From: Candidatus Micrarchaeota archaeon
Lineage (GTDB): Archaea; Micrarchaeota; Micrarchaeia; Anstonellales; Bilamarchaeaceae
NCBI GenBank assembly: GCA_037440825.1
Contig: JBBITJ010000011.1
Location: forward strand, 13,520 to 29,417
Direction: 5' to 3'
Length of the DNA: 15,898 nt
The notes under the pieces are model-generated. The model ran no database searches. It saw only the letters and a program-made list of their open reading frames with translations, and had not been told where the DNA came from. Below, in pieces: positions 1 through 6,964 of this stretch (position 1 is its first letter; each line of letters opens with the position of its first letter). The position numbers were made by a program, and so were the translations under genes.

Positions 1-176
1 ACAGCTACGCAGGCAGGACCGTGGAAGTAGAAAAAGGTCAGAAGGTAATCTCAACAGGCCCATACGCCATACGCAATAGTGGGCATCCAATGTACGTGGA
101 CGTATTGCTGATGTATCTTGCGACGCCAATAGCATTGGGCTCTTACGCAGCAGCCCCGGTCTTCCTCCTGCTCATC
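1..176 (+). pseudogene. Remnant of an isoprenylcysteine carboxyl methyltransferase (ICMT/PEMT)-family membrane protein; 5' part lies outside the window, 3' end lost
   Basis: The frame from nt 3 reads SYAGRTVEVEKGQKVISTGPYA..HPMY..LLMYLATPIALGSY, matching the family motif GPYxxVRHPMY. The VR is corrupted to RNSG. Similarity stops at LLLI (176), and the expected EE..L...Y..Y C-terminus is absent. Confidence 0.75.
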
Positions 177-321
177 AAGAGGCGAACTCGCAGCGTGGCT
201 GGATCCTGCCCACGGTCGAGCCGTCAGGGCATTTCGCTTCCTGCGTGCAGGCTGCGGGCTGCGAGATGCAGCCGGAAAACAGCAACGTGAGCGCGAGCAC
301 CAAAGCAACGTATGTTTTCAT
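175..321 (-). pseudogene. Truncated lipoprotein (48 aa) with a C-T-x-E-A-K-(x)-C-P-D-G-S-x-V-G-R-x-x-P-x-C-E-F-A cysteine motif
   Basis: Hand translation: MKTYVALVLALTLLFSGCISQPAACTQEAKCPDGSTVGRIQPRCEFAS*. It has a signal peptide with an LFSGC lipobox, RBS-like GAGGCGTGAT and a TTTTAAA box upstream. It stops where the motif's last Cys is expected. Not in the supplied ORF track. Confidence 0.7.
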
Positions 322-413
322 GATATCACGCCTCTAGAACAGAGCCATCGTTTAAAATAATTGGGGATTTGTCGGGCTTTCCGCGAAGCCAATAAAAACA
401 CTTCGCTACAAAC

Positions 414-419
414 TTATAT
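414..419 (+). promoter_or_regulatory. Putative TATA box of the tandem-LOG gene (short or no leader)
   Basis: TTATAT about 25 nt upstream of ATG 445. Confidence 0.4.
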
Positions 420-444
420 CAGTTCCAACATATAAGGGTCAGCC

Positions 445-1701
445 ATGACGAACAATCAAATCTCATTCAAAGGAGGAAAGGAGGCGCACAGCCACCTCGC
501 GTTCAGGGACATGCACCTTCCGTGCATCCACGAGAACCGCCTGGCGCAGGTCGGGCCGCATCCGCCAGTGACCGTCTTGGGCGGCTCTGATGCGAGCGGC
601 TATTCCCGCGGACTTGAGCTTGCGCGCGAACTCGGAAAAAGGCTCGCCAAATCACGTCATCCTGTGATAACCGGCTGGCGGGGCGGGATGGCGGATGCTG
701 TCCGCGAAGCCGCTGGTCCTTACGGCGTGCTCGTGGAGAAGAACGGCAAATCCACTTCTGAAGGCGTGTACACCTGCGTCTCGACGCAGCTCATGCACAA
801 GCACATGCTCGGCAGCTATTCCGGCGCGATCGTGGTGCTGCCGGGAGGGTTCAAGACGCTGGACATGGCTTTCGAATACATCACGGCGGTGCAGATAAAG
901 GCGATGAACACGGTCCCGGTCATTTTCGTTGACGCGGGCGACGGGTACTGGGACGGCATGCGCAAGTGGATCATTGATTTCCAGGTGAAGCGCGGCATGG
1001 TACACGCGCACGAGCTTTTACATGTGCATTTCGCATCAGGCGCAAAGGGCGCGCTGGAAGCGGTAGAAGCAGTTTGCGTCGCTCCGGCGCCCATAGCGGA
1101 TTTCGACAGGATGAAGTTCTTCGCAAGCATGTACGTCGAAGACATAAGCAACGGCGTGGAGTTGCTCAAGCGCTTCGATTCTGTCCCTGTGGCGACGTTC
1201 CTGGGCTCGGCGCGCGTGAAGCCCGGCTCTGAAGTTTACGAATACGTGAAGGATTTCGCGCGCACACTCTCCTCCGGCGGAGCGCTGATCGTGAGCGGAG
1301 GCGGGAGCGGAATAATGAACGCGGCCGCGCTGGGGGCAGGCAGCAGCGGACTGGGCTTCATACCGGAATGCCTGCTGCACGAAGGGCCTTCGGGCAACTA
1401 CTCCGTGGTGCATTCCATGACCTCACGCAAGGAGCTCATGATAGAGTACAGCGTGCCGCGCGCAGTAATCGCGTTCGCAGGCGGATTCGGCACGTTGGAC
1501 GAGATAACGGAGGTGGCGGCGCGCGCGGCGCACGGCGAGATCCACAGGCCGCCGATAATGCTAGTAGGCTCGGAGTTCTGGTCTGGCTTTCGCAACTGGC
1601 TCGACACGCCCGTCAAGGCCGGGTTCGTGAATGAAGCGGATGCAGAGATGTTCAAGATGGAGGATTCGCCGAAGAAGCTCGAGCGCGCATTCTACGGATA
1701 A
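445..1701 (+). CDS. LOG family (Rossmann-fold nucleotide phosphoribohydrolase, 'lysine decarboxylase-like') protein with two tandem domains
   Basis: Domain 2: FLGSAR, SGGGSGIM, SRK, AGGFGTLDE, LVGSEFW. Domain 1: VLGGS, ITGWRGGM, PGGFKTLDM, YWDG. Confidence 0.88.
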   Translation: MTNNQISFKGGKEAHSHLAFRDMHLPCIHENRLAQVGPHPPVTVLGGSDASGYSRGLELARELGKRLAKSRHPVITGWRGGMADAVREAAGPYGVLVEKNGKSTSEGVYTCVSTQLMHKHMLGSYSGAIVVLPGGFKTLDMAFEYITAVQIKAMNTVPVIFVDAGDGYWDGMRKWIIDFQVKRGMVHAHELLHVHFASGAKGALEAVEAVCVAPAPIADFDRMKFFASMYVEDISNGVELLKRFDSVPVATFLGSARVKPGSEVYEYVKDFARTLSSGGALIVSGGGSGIMNAAALGAGSSGLGFIPECLLHEGPSGNYSVVHSMTSRKELMIEYSVPRAVIAFAGGFGTLDEITEVAARAAHGEIHRPPIMLVGSEFWSGFRNWLDTPVKAGFVNEADAEMFKMEDSPKKLERAFYG

Positions 1702-1717
1702 CCGTTCCGGTTTCGAC

Positions 1718-1867
1718 TCAGCCTTCGGCAGGGTGGAGGAATCCGTCGCTCTTGACTTTGTACTTGTGCTGCGGGTTGGCCTCGCACATCCACACTCCGT
1801 CCGCCCCTTCCTTGAGCCAGACCGTGAGCCCTTTCTCGAACCTACATTCCTGGCAAGCGTATGACAT
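1718..1867 (-). CDS. Small 49-aa putative zinc-binding protein (CxxC-x19-C-x5-H)
   Basis: Hand translation: MSYACQECRFEKGLTVWLKEGADGVWMCEANPQHKYKVKSDGFLHPAEG*. AGGTGA RBS at 1872-1877 (minus), TTTTTATT box near 1916-1923, GC-ending codons like its neighbours. Not in the ORF track. Confidence 0.8.
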   Translation of the reverse strand: MSYACQECRFEKGLTVWLKEGADGVWMCEANPQHKYKVKSDGFLHPAEG

Positions 1868-2085
1868 GCTTTCACCTTTCTGAGTATCTTGGAATGGAAG
1901 GTTAGCTGCAAAAACAATAAAAACGTTCTGCCTCCGGACCCGGGACGGCTGGAGCGCTCGCTATTAGATATCCCTCCCAATTCCAATCCATGCGATACCG
2001 GCTCGCCGCACCCCAGCGCCAGCACGTTGTTTCCCGCGGATTTGGCCTTGGCTTCGCCTTTCCAGCAATCTTATTTATGTAAATG

Positions 2086-2110
2086 AAAATAAGGAAGAAA
2101 AAAGGAAAAG
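2086..2110 (-). terminator. Oligo-T/pyrimidine-rich archaeal terminator of the pilin gene
   Basis: The minus strand reads CTTTTCCTTTTTTCTTCCTTATTTT directly after the pilin stop codon. Confidence 0.6.
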
Positions 2111-2111
2111 A

Positions 2112-2585
2112 TTATACTACCTTTCCGGTGAGCGTTCCTGAGGTCGTGTACGGGAAGTTCGCGTTCGTGTCCGTGTACGCGATCGTGACCTTGGCGGTGT
2201 AACTGTTGCCAGAGGTCTGGTTCCCGAAAGCTCCCGCGCCGGTGCTCAGTATCGCGCTGTCCGCGCCCGTTGTGAGCGAGACCGGAAGCCCGTTGAGCGT
2301 CGCGGTGGTGTTGCCGATGACTATCGACACGTTGTCGATAGAGACCGGAACTCCCGCCTGGTTGCTCAGCTTTATCGTGAACGTTCCGGCAGTGCTCAAT
2401 CCCCATCCCTTGACTGCGATCTGGGAGAACCCTACCGCCTTGTTTCCGACGAAAGCGTTGACGTCGAATATTCCCAGCGCGAACAGGACTGCAGCGATGA
2501 TCACGATGAGCGCGATCGCCCATCCGTAGGTCATCAGAAAGTCCAGTGCCGCCTGACCTTTCTTTGCCTTGTATACCATACTCAT
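2112..2585 (-). CDS. Archaeal type IV pilin with class III signal peptide, probable major pilin
   Basis: KAKKG|QAALDFLMTYGWAIALIVIIAAVLFALGIF followed by a Thr/Ser/Gly-rich beta-type domain. It has its own TATA box, GGTGGT RBS and terminator, and lies divergent from the assembly operon. Confidence 0.9.
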   Translation of the reverse strand: MSMVYKAKKGQAALDFLMTYGWAIALIVIIAAVLFALGIFDVNAFVGNKAVGFSQIAVKGWGLSTAGTFTIKLSNQAGVPVSIDNVSIVIGNTTATLNGLPVSLTTGADSAILSTGAGAFGNQTSGNSYTAKVTIAYTDTNANFPYTTSGTLTGKVV

Positions 2586-2596
2586 CCATTACCACC

Positions 2597-2614
2597 ATTC
2601 CATTCGAATGGAAT
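2597..2614. repeat. Perfect 18-bp palindrome ATTCCATTCGAATGGAAT in the pilin 5' leader
   Basis: Read directly: the sequence is its own reverse complement and lies between the pilin TATA box and RBS. Confidence 0.9.
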
Positions 2615-2643
2615 TGATTTTTGCTCATTCTTCACTCAACAAA

Positions 2644-2651
2644 TTTATATA
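2644..2651 (-). promoter_or_regulatory. TATA box of the pilin gene
   Basis: TATATAAA on the minus strand, preceded by BRE-like CAGAAA. Confidence 0.65.
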
Positions 2652-2712
2652 CATTTCTGATTGACCCCCACCGTGCGGTGTTACCTCCGCAGCGGAAAAA
2701 CGCGGCATAATG

Positions 2713-2720
2713 TTTAAATA
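2713..2720 (+). promoter_or_regulatory. TATA box of the KaiC-pilus operon
   Basis: TTTAAATA, followed by GGTGA RBS at 2758-2762 before ATG 2767. Confidence 0.65.
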
Positions 2721-2766
2721 GGTTGGACTGTTAGTATGCACGCCTTCATGGAAATATGGTGAACTC

Positions 2767-3645
2767 ATGGTGAAGATAAAGAAAAACATGGGAGAAGGGA
2801 TAAAGCGGGTGCCCACGGGCTTCCCCAAGCTGGACGAGATGCTCCAGGGCGGCCTTCCTCAGAACACGGTCACCCTTCTCTCAGGCGCGTGCGGCACGGG
2901 CAAGAGCACGTTCGCGATGCAGTTCCTCTACCATGGCGCCAAGTACAACGACGAGCCCGGCGTGTACGTGACGCTGGAGGAGAACGCGGACACGCTCGTG
3001 AACAACATGAGCCTGTTCGGCTGGGAGCTCGAGGAACTCATAAAGCAGAAGAAGCTCATAGTGGTGAAGCCCGAGGTTTACAAGTTCGACTCGCTCAAGC
3101 AGATAATCGCTGATTCCATAGACAAGATAGGCGCCAAGCGCCTCGTCGTTGATTCGTATTCCGTGCTCCTGACGTATTTCAGCGACCCGGACCAGGTAAG
3201 GAACGGCCTCGTGCAGCTCGACAGGGAGATAAAGAAGATGGGCTGCACCGCCATCGTGATTTCGGACATACAGGAGAACTCGAGCGGCGCGGAGATGTTC
3301 TCCACCACGGGGGTGGAGGAGTTCATAGTGGACGGAGTGATCGTGCTCAGGCTCATACGGGACATCGCGCACCCATACGTCTCGAAGCGTGCGATAGCGG
3401 TGAGGAAGATGCGCGCGACGAGGCATCCGCTTTCGCTCCACCACTTCAGCATAACCGAGTCCGGCATACAGGTCGGCGATCCCATAGAAGGCAAGGACGA
3501 GCTGCCCATAAGGTCGCGGCCCAGGAAGAAGAAGCCCAAGCGCGTCCAGAAGCCGAAGCCGCCCATGCCGTCCAAGTCCACCACCATCCAGATAAGCGAC
3601 CTGCGCAGGAAAGGCTCGCATTCTTGGAAATGGAAGCACTTGTAG
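2767..3645 (+). CDS. KaiC-like/RAD55-family (RecA superfamily) single-domain ATPase with a basic C-terminal tail
   Basis: RVPTGFPKLDEMLQGGLP, Walker A GACGTGKS, YVTLEE, Walker B RLVVDS, VDGVI, VRKMR. Confidence 0.92.
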   Translation: MVKIKKNMGEGIKRVPTGFPKLDEMLQGGLPQNTVTLLSGACGTGKSTFAMQFLYHGAKYNDEPGVYVTLEENADTLVNNMSLFGWELEELIKQKKLIVVKPEVYKFDSLKQIIADSIDKIGAKRLVVDSYSVLLTYFSDPDQVRNGLVQLDREIKKMGCTAIVISDIQENSSGAEMFSTTGVEEFIVDGVIVLRLIRDIAHPYVSKRAIAVRKMRATRHPLSLHHFSITESGIQVGDPIEGKDELPIRSRPRKKKPKRVQKPKPPMPSKSTTIQISDLRRKGSHSWKWKHL

Positions 3646-3646
3646 G

Positions 3647-6037
3647 GTGCGAGCTTTGGTCAGGCAAAAAAGCTCCCTCGGGCAGGCCTCCTTCGAGCAG
3701 CTGATTGTCATAGCGCTGGGGCTCGCCCTCATTTCCGTCATGTTCTACCTGGCCGCGACCTACACGTCGGACAGCCTCAGGATATCCCAGGCCGAGGACG
3801 CGGTTGGGCAGCTGGCGGCAGCGGCCGATTACGTCTATTCGCTCGGCCCCAATTCCAAGGAATATGTGGACGTGTACCTGCCGGAGGGCATACGCAACAT
3901 AATCATAGATGGGAAACGGCTGGTCATCTCCATCGACACGTCTTCGGGTTCGAGCGACCTTTTCGCGACCACCCGCTCCGACCTGATAGGGACTCTTCCG
4001 ACCGCGCGCGGGAAGCAGAAGATACTCGTGCAATACCTGGAATCTGGCAAGGTGCTCATAGGCGAAGCTGGGCTATCCTGCTCGCCCTCTGTCCTGACAA
4101 GGACATTCAACGCGAGCCAGGGCGGCACGGATTCCATATCGCTGTCGAACAACGCGGAATTCAACATTAGCAACATCACAGTGCTGTTCGAAGGCACCGC
4201 GACATCTCTGGCAACAGTTACACCGCCTCCGGATACGCTCGCGCCCGGCGCGAATGGCTCCGTCACGGTCACATATTCGGTCCCTGCCGGTTGGCCTGCA
4301 GGCACCTATTCAGGCACGGTGCTGTTCGAGTCGGCGAACGACGGCGCGTGCGTGACGAACGTGAACATACACGTGCAAGGTGAGAAGACGTGCGGCGGCC
4401 TGTGCATAGCCCAAGGCTACACCGAGGGCACGTGCAGGGATTCGCTCCCGTCCTGCATAGCTAACAGCGAGGACCATTCCGCATCCAACGATTATGCGTG
4501 CCTGAGCCCCACGCCCGTATGCTGCTGCGGCCCCACCCTGGACAACCAGGGACCGGTGGTATCAATCATAAACTCCACCCCGCTAAACGCGACCTCGACA
4601 ACGCAGATAACTATAAACGCGGTGTGCAACGACTCCCTCACGGGCGGAAGCTACATATCGTCCGCGCAGGTCAGGATAGACAACGGCAACTGGTCCAACC
4701 TTTCTGCCGTGGACGGAGCTTTCATGGACGCGACCGTGGAGAACGTAAACGCGAGCGTCGGCGCCTTCGCCACAGGCCAGCACGTGGCGTGGGTGCAGTG
4801 CACGGACAGCGCAGGGAACGCTGGCCCCGTGTCATACTATTATTTCACAGTGTCGGACGCTGACATAGTGGGCCCGATAGTCGTGCAGATGAACCACACG
4901 GACTACCCGACGACTCTGGCGAACATAACCCTAGGAGGGGTGGCGAGCGATGCTTACACCGGGAACAGCAACCTGAAAGGATGCAAGCTCAAGCTCGATT
5001 CCGGGGAGTGGGCGGACGTGGATGCGGTCGACGGCGCATGGGATTCGCCGATAGAGAACTACACCTACAACGCGGGCCAGCTGCCGGTCGGCTACCACAC
5101 GGTCTACGTGCAGTGCACAGACGCCTACAACAACACGGGCGGCATATTCAACGACAGCTTCGGCGTGGTGGATGTGGACCTCATGGTGGTGCTCGACCGG
5201 TCGGGCTCCATGGCGTGGAACGTCACCAACTCCACTTACAACACCGTGGTCAGCACCACGAATACCGGATTCACGTTCATGAAAAACATAACCGTGACCG
5301 CTAAGAACGGCAACCTGGTCAACATATCCGTGGAGCTCTACGCGAGCGCGAGCGGATGCACCGCATATTACGAGGTAAGGTACAACGGCACCGCGATAGC
5401 GAGCGGAAACAGGACCGGCACCACTTATGCGTACGTGACCAACACAGGAGTGAACATATCCGGGCTCCAGCCTCCCTACACCCTGAGCCTGTACGGCAAG
5501 CGAAGCGCTGGGCCCTCCTGCACGGCCTATTTCAGGGGCTTCTCGGTCCAGCAGCTGCCGGTGAAGATGTCTGCCGCGCAGAACTCTTCGAAGACGTTCG
5601 TGGACATCGTGTCGGATTCCACCAACGCCGGCCTGGTCTCATACAGCAATAGCGCGACCCTGAACAAGCAGCTCGCGCTCATGGGCGCTTCGAACAAGAC
5701 CGCACTCAAGAATGCGATAGATTCACTCTCGCCTTCCGGCTCCACGTGCATCCAGTGCGGTCTGCAGACCGCGGCGGACGAGCTCACTTCCGCGAGGGGC
5801 AGGGCGAACGCGACACGTGTGATAATCCTGCTCACGGACGGCGTGAGCACGACCGGAGATTCGGTCGCCGGCTCGGTCTACTGCAGGGACCGCAACATAA
5901 CCGTCTACACCATCGGGTTCGGCGACGACGTTGACGACGTGGAACTCACGAACATAGCACTCCTTACACACGGCGCGTACTATTTCGCGCCGGATGCCCA
6001 GACGCTGATGGAGATATTCATGAACATAGGAAAGTAG
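3647..6037 (+). CDS. Large pilin-like adhesin: class III signal/pilin domain, Ig-like domain, Cys-rich module, two repeated Ig-like domains, split vWA domain
   Basis: SLG|QASFEQLIVIALGLALISVMFYL. vWA motifs DLMVVLDRSGSM, LVSYS, VIILLTDG, VYTIGFG. Internal repeat DxxGP..AVDGA..GxHxxxVQCTD. Confidence 0.88.
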   Translation: MRALVRQKSSLGQASFEQLIVIALGLALISVMFYLAATYTSDSLRISQAEDAVGQLAAAADYVYSLGPNSKEYVDVYLPEGIRNIIIDGKRLVISIDTSSGSSDLFATTRSDLIGTLPTARGKQKILVQYLESGKVLIGEAGLSCSPSVLTRTFNASQGGTDSISLSNNAEFNISNITVLFEGTATSLATVTPPPDTLAPGANGSVTVTYSVPAGWPAGTYSGTVLFESANDGACVTNVNIHVQGEKTCGGLCIAQGYTEGTCRDSLPSCIANSEDHSASNDYACLSPTPVCCCGPTLDNQGPVVSIINSTPLNATSTTQITINAVCNDSLTGGSYISSAQVRIDNGNWSNLSAVDGAFMDATVENVNASVGAFATGQHVAWVQCTDSAGNAGPVSYYYFTVSDADIVGPIVVQMNHTDYPTTLANITLGGVASDAYTGNSNLKGCKLKLDSGEWADVDAVDGAWDSPIENYTYNAGQLPVGYHTVYVQCTDAYNNTGGIFNDSFGVVDVDLMVVLDRSGSMAWNVTNSTYNTVVSTTNTGFTFMKNITVTAKNGNLVNISVELYASASGCTAYYEVRYNGTAIASGNRTGTTYAYVTNTGVNISGLQPPYTLSLYGKRSAGPSCTAYFRGFSVQQLPVKMSAAQNSSKTFVDIVSDSTNAGLVSYSNSATLNKQLALMGASNKTALKNAIDSLSPSGSTCIQCGLQTAADELTSARGRANATRVIILLTDGVSTTGDSVAGSVYCRDRNITVYTIGFGDDVDDVELTNIALLTHGAYYFAPDAQTLMEIFMNIGK
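4541..5170 (+). repeat. Two tandem ~105-aa Ig-like repeats within the adhesin (period 321 nt)
   Basis: R1 (4541): DNQGPVV..DSLTG..IDNGNW..AVDGAF..GQHVAWVQCTDSAGN. R2 (4862): DIVGPIV..DAYTG..LDSGEW..AVDGAW..GYHTVYVQCTDAYNN. Confidence 0.85.
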
Positions 6038-6045
6038 TGGTCCGG

Positions 6046-6468
6046 ATGGCTGGAAAACACCTTGGTTTCGCGAAGGGGCAGTCCGGCTTGGAGTTCCTGT
6101 ATTCGGCATTCCTGTCGCTCGCGTTTTTCGCAGTCGTGCTGGCCGTGTTCTACCAGAGCCAAGCCGACGCCGCGAGCCTCGCCGCTTCCGCGCAGGCGCG
6201 CAGGATATGCACGGCGCTCGCCCTGCAGATAGGCAAGGCAGCCGCAGCCGGAGAGGGCGCGTCATCGCCGCTCGTGATTCCGGCTTTCGACCAGAACTAC
6301 ACGCTGTTCGTGGTCGCGCCCAACCGCTCCATCTCGGTGTCGTACCAAGGCGGCGGTGCTGGGTGCTCCATCACCACTTCCAATGTCTCGAACGGCACCG
6401 CGTACATGTTCGTGGTGGGGAATGCATCCACGCTGAGGAATTATGGAGGAGGTGTCGTGTTTGAATGA
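6046..6468 (+). CDS. Minor pilin-like protein (class III signal peptide)
   Basis: AKG|QSGLEFLYSAFLSLAFFAVVLAVFY. Start is ATG 6046 or the GTG 6037 overlapping the upstream stop. Confidence 0.85.
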   Translation: MAGKHLGFAKGQSGLEFLYSAFLSLAFFAVVLAVFYQSQADAASLAASAQARRICTALALQIGKAAAAGEGASSPLVIPAFDQNYTLFVVAPNRSISVSYQGGGAGCSITTSNVSNGTAYMFVVGNASTLRNYGGGVVFE

Positions 6469-6964
6469 ATTCGCAAGAGGGCGTTCAATGAGGGGCCAGT
6501 CAGTGCCGCTGGACCTGCTGGCTGGCCTTGCGGTTTCGCTCCTCATGCTCGCCTATTTCATAGCGCTGTGGGGCTCTTTCGCGGACCGCTACTACGAGCT
6601 ATTCAGGAAGGATAGCAGGGACGTGGAGCTTCTCTCGATATCCGACGCGCTCGTCAGCTCCCCGGGAATTCCGGAGAACTGGACCTCGGCGCCGCAGCAG
6701 GCCCAGCTGATAGGCTTGGCGCGATCCCCCCGCATCCTGGATCAAGATAGGATCGACGCGCTGTCCGGCATGGCTTACGCCGATTCCAAGCACCTGCTTG
6801 GGCTGGACAGGGATTTCCTGATCGTGGTGGAGGGGCTGGACGGCACGCGCTATGCGACCATAGGGCTGGACGCAGCCAACTCCTCATCTGTTTCGGAAGT
6901 GAGCAGGCTCGCGATGCTGAACGGCGCGGAAGTCAGGGTGAAGGTGCGCATATATGAAGAATAA
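6461..6964 (+). CDS. Minor pilin-like protein (class III signal peptide)
   Basis: MRG|QSVPLDLLAGLAVSLLMLAYFIALW plus the SDALVSSPGIPENW..IGLA segment typical of archaeal pilus-locus proteins. TTG 6461 follows GAGGTG; ATG 6443 and 6488 are alternative starts. Confidence 0.8.
   Translation: MNEFARGRSMRGQSVPLDLLAGLAVSLLMLAYFIALWGSFADRYYELFRKDSRDVELLSISDALVSSPGIPENWTSAPQQAQLIGLARSPRILDQDRIDALSGMAYADSKHLLGLDRDFLIVVEGLDGTRYATIGLDAANSSSVSEVSRLAMLNGAEVRVKVRIYEE

Noticed and set aside
21..290. 89-aa ORF as an intact gene
   Set aside because: It is an internal ICMT fragment running into the antisense of the lipoprotein remnant; GTG 21 is an internal Val codon.
375..390. GGCTT-N6-AAGCC inverted repeat
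   Set aside because: 5-bp arms are expected by chance and nothing else supports it.
1561..2086. ORFs 1561-2025(-), 1631-1864(+) and 1889-2086(+), or an RNase P/SRP RNA here
   Set aside because: The ORFs lack motifs and RBS and conflict with the better-supported 1718-1867 gene or its promoter. I saw no RNase P or SRP signature sequences.
2767..3645. Circadian KaiC clock gene
   Set aside because: Single domain, no Ser-Thr phospho-sites, and no kaiA or kaiB in the window.
5213..5563. Intein within the vWA domain
   Set aside because: No Cys/Ser start or His-Asn end splice motifs; composition and sequons fit an extracellular beta domain.
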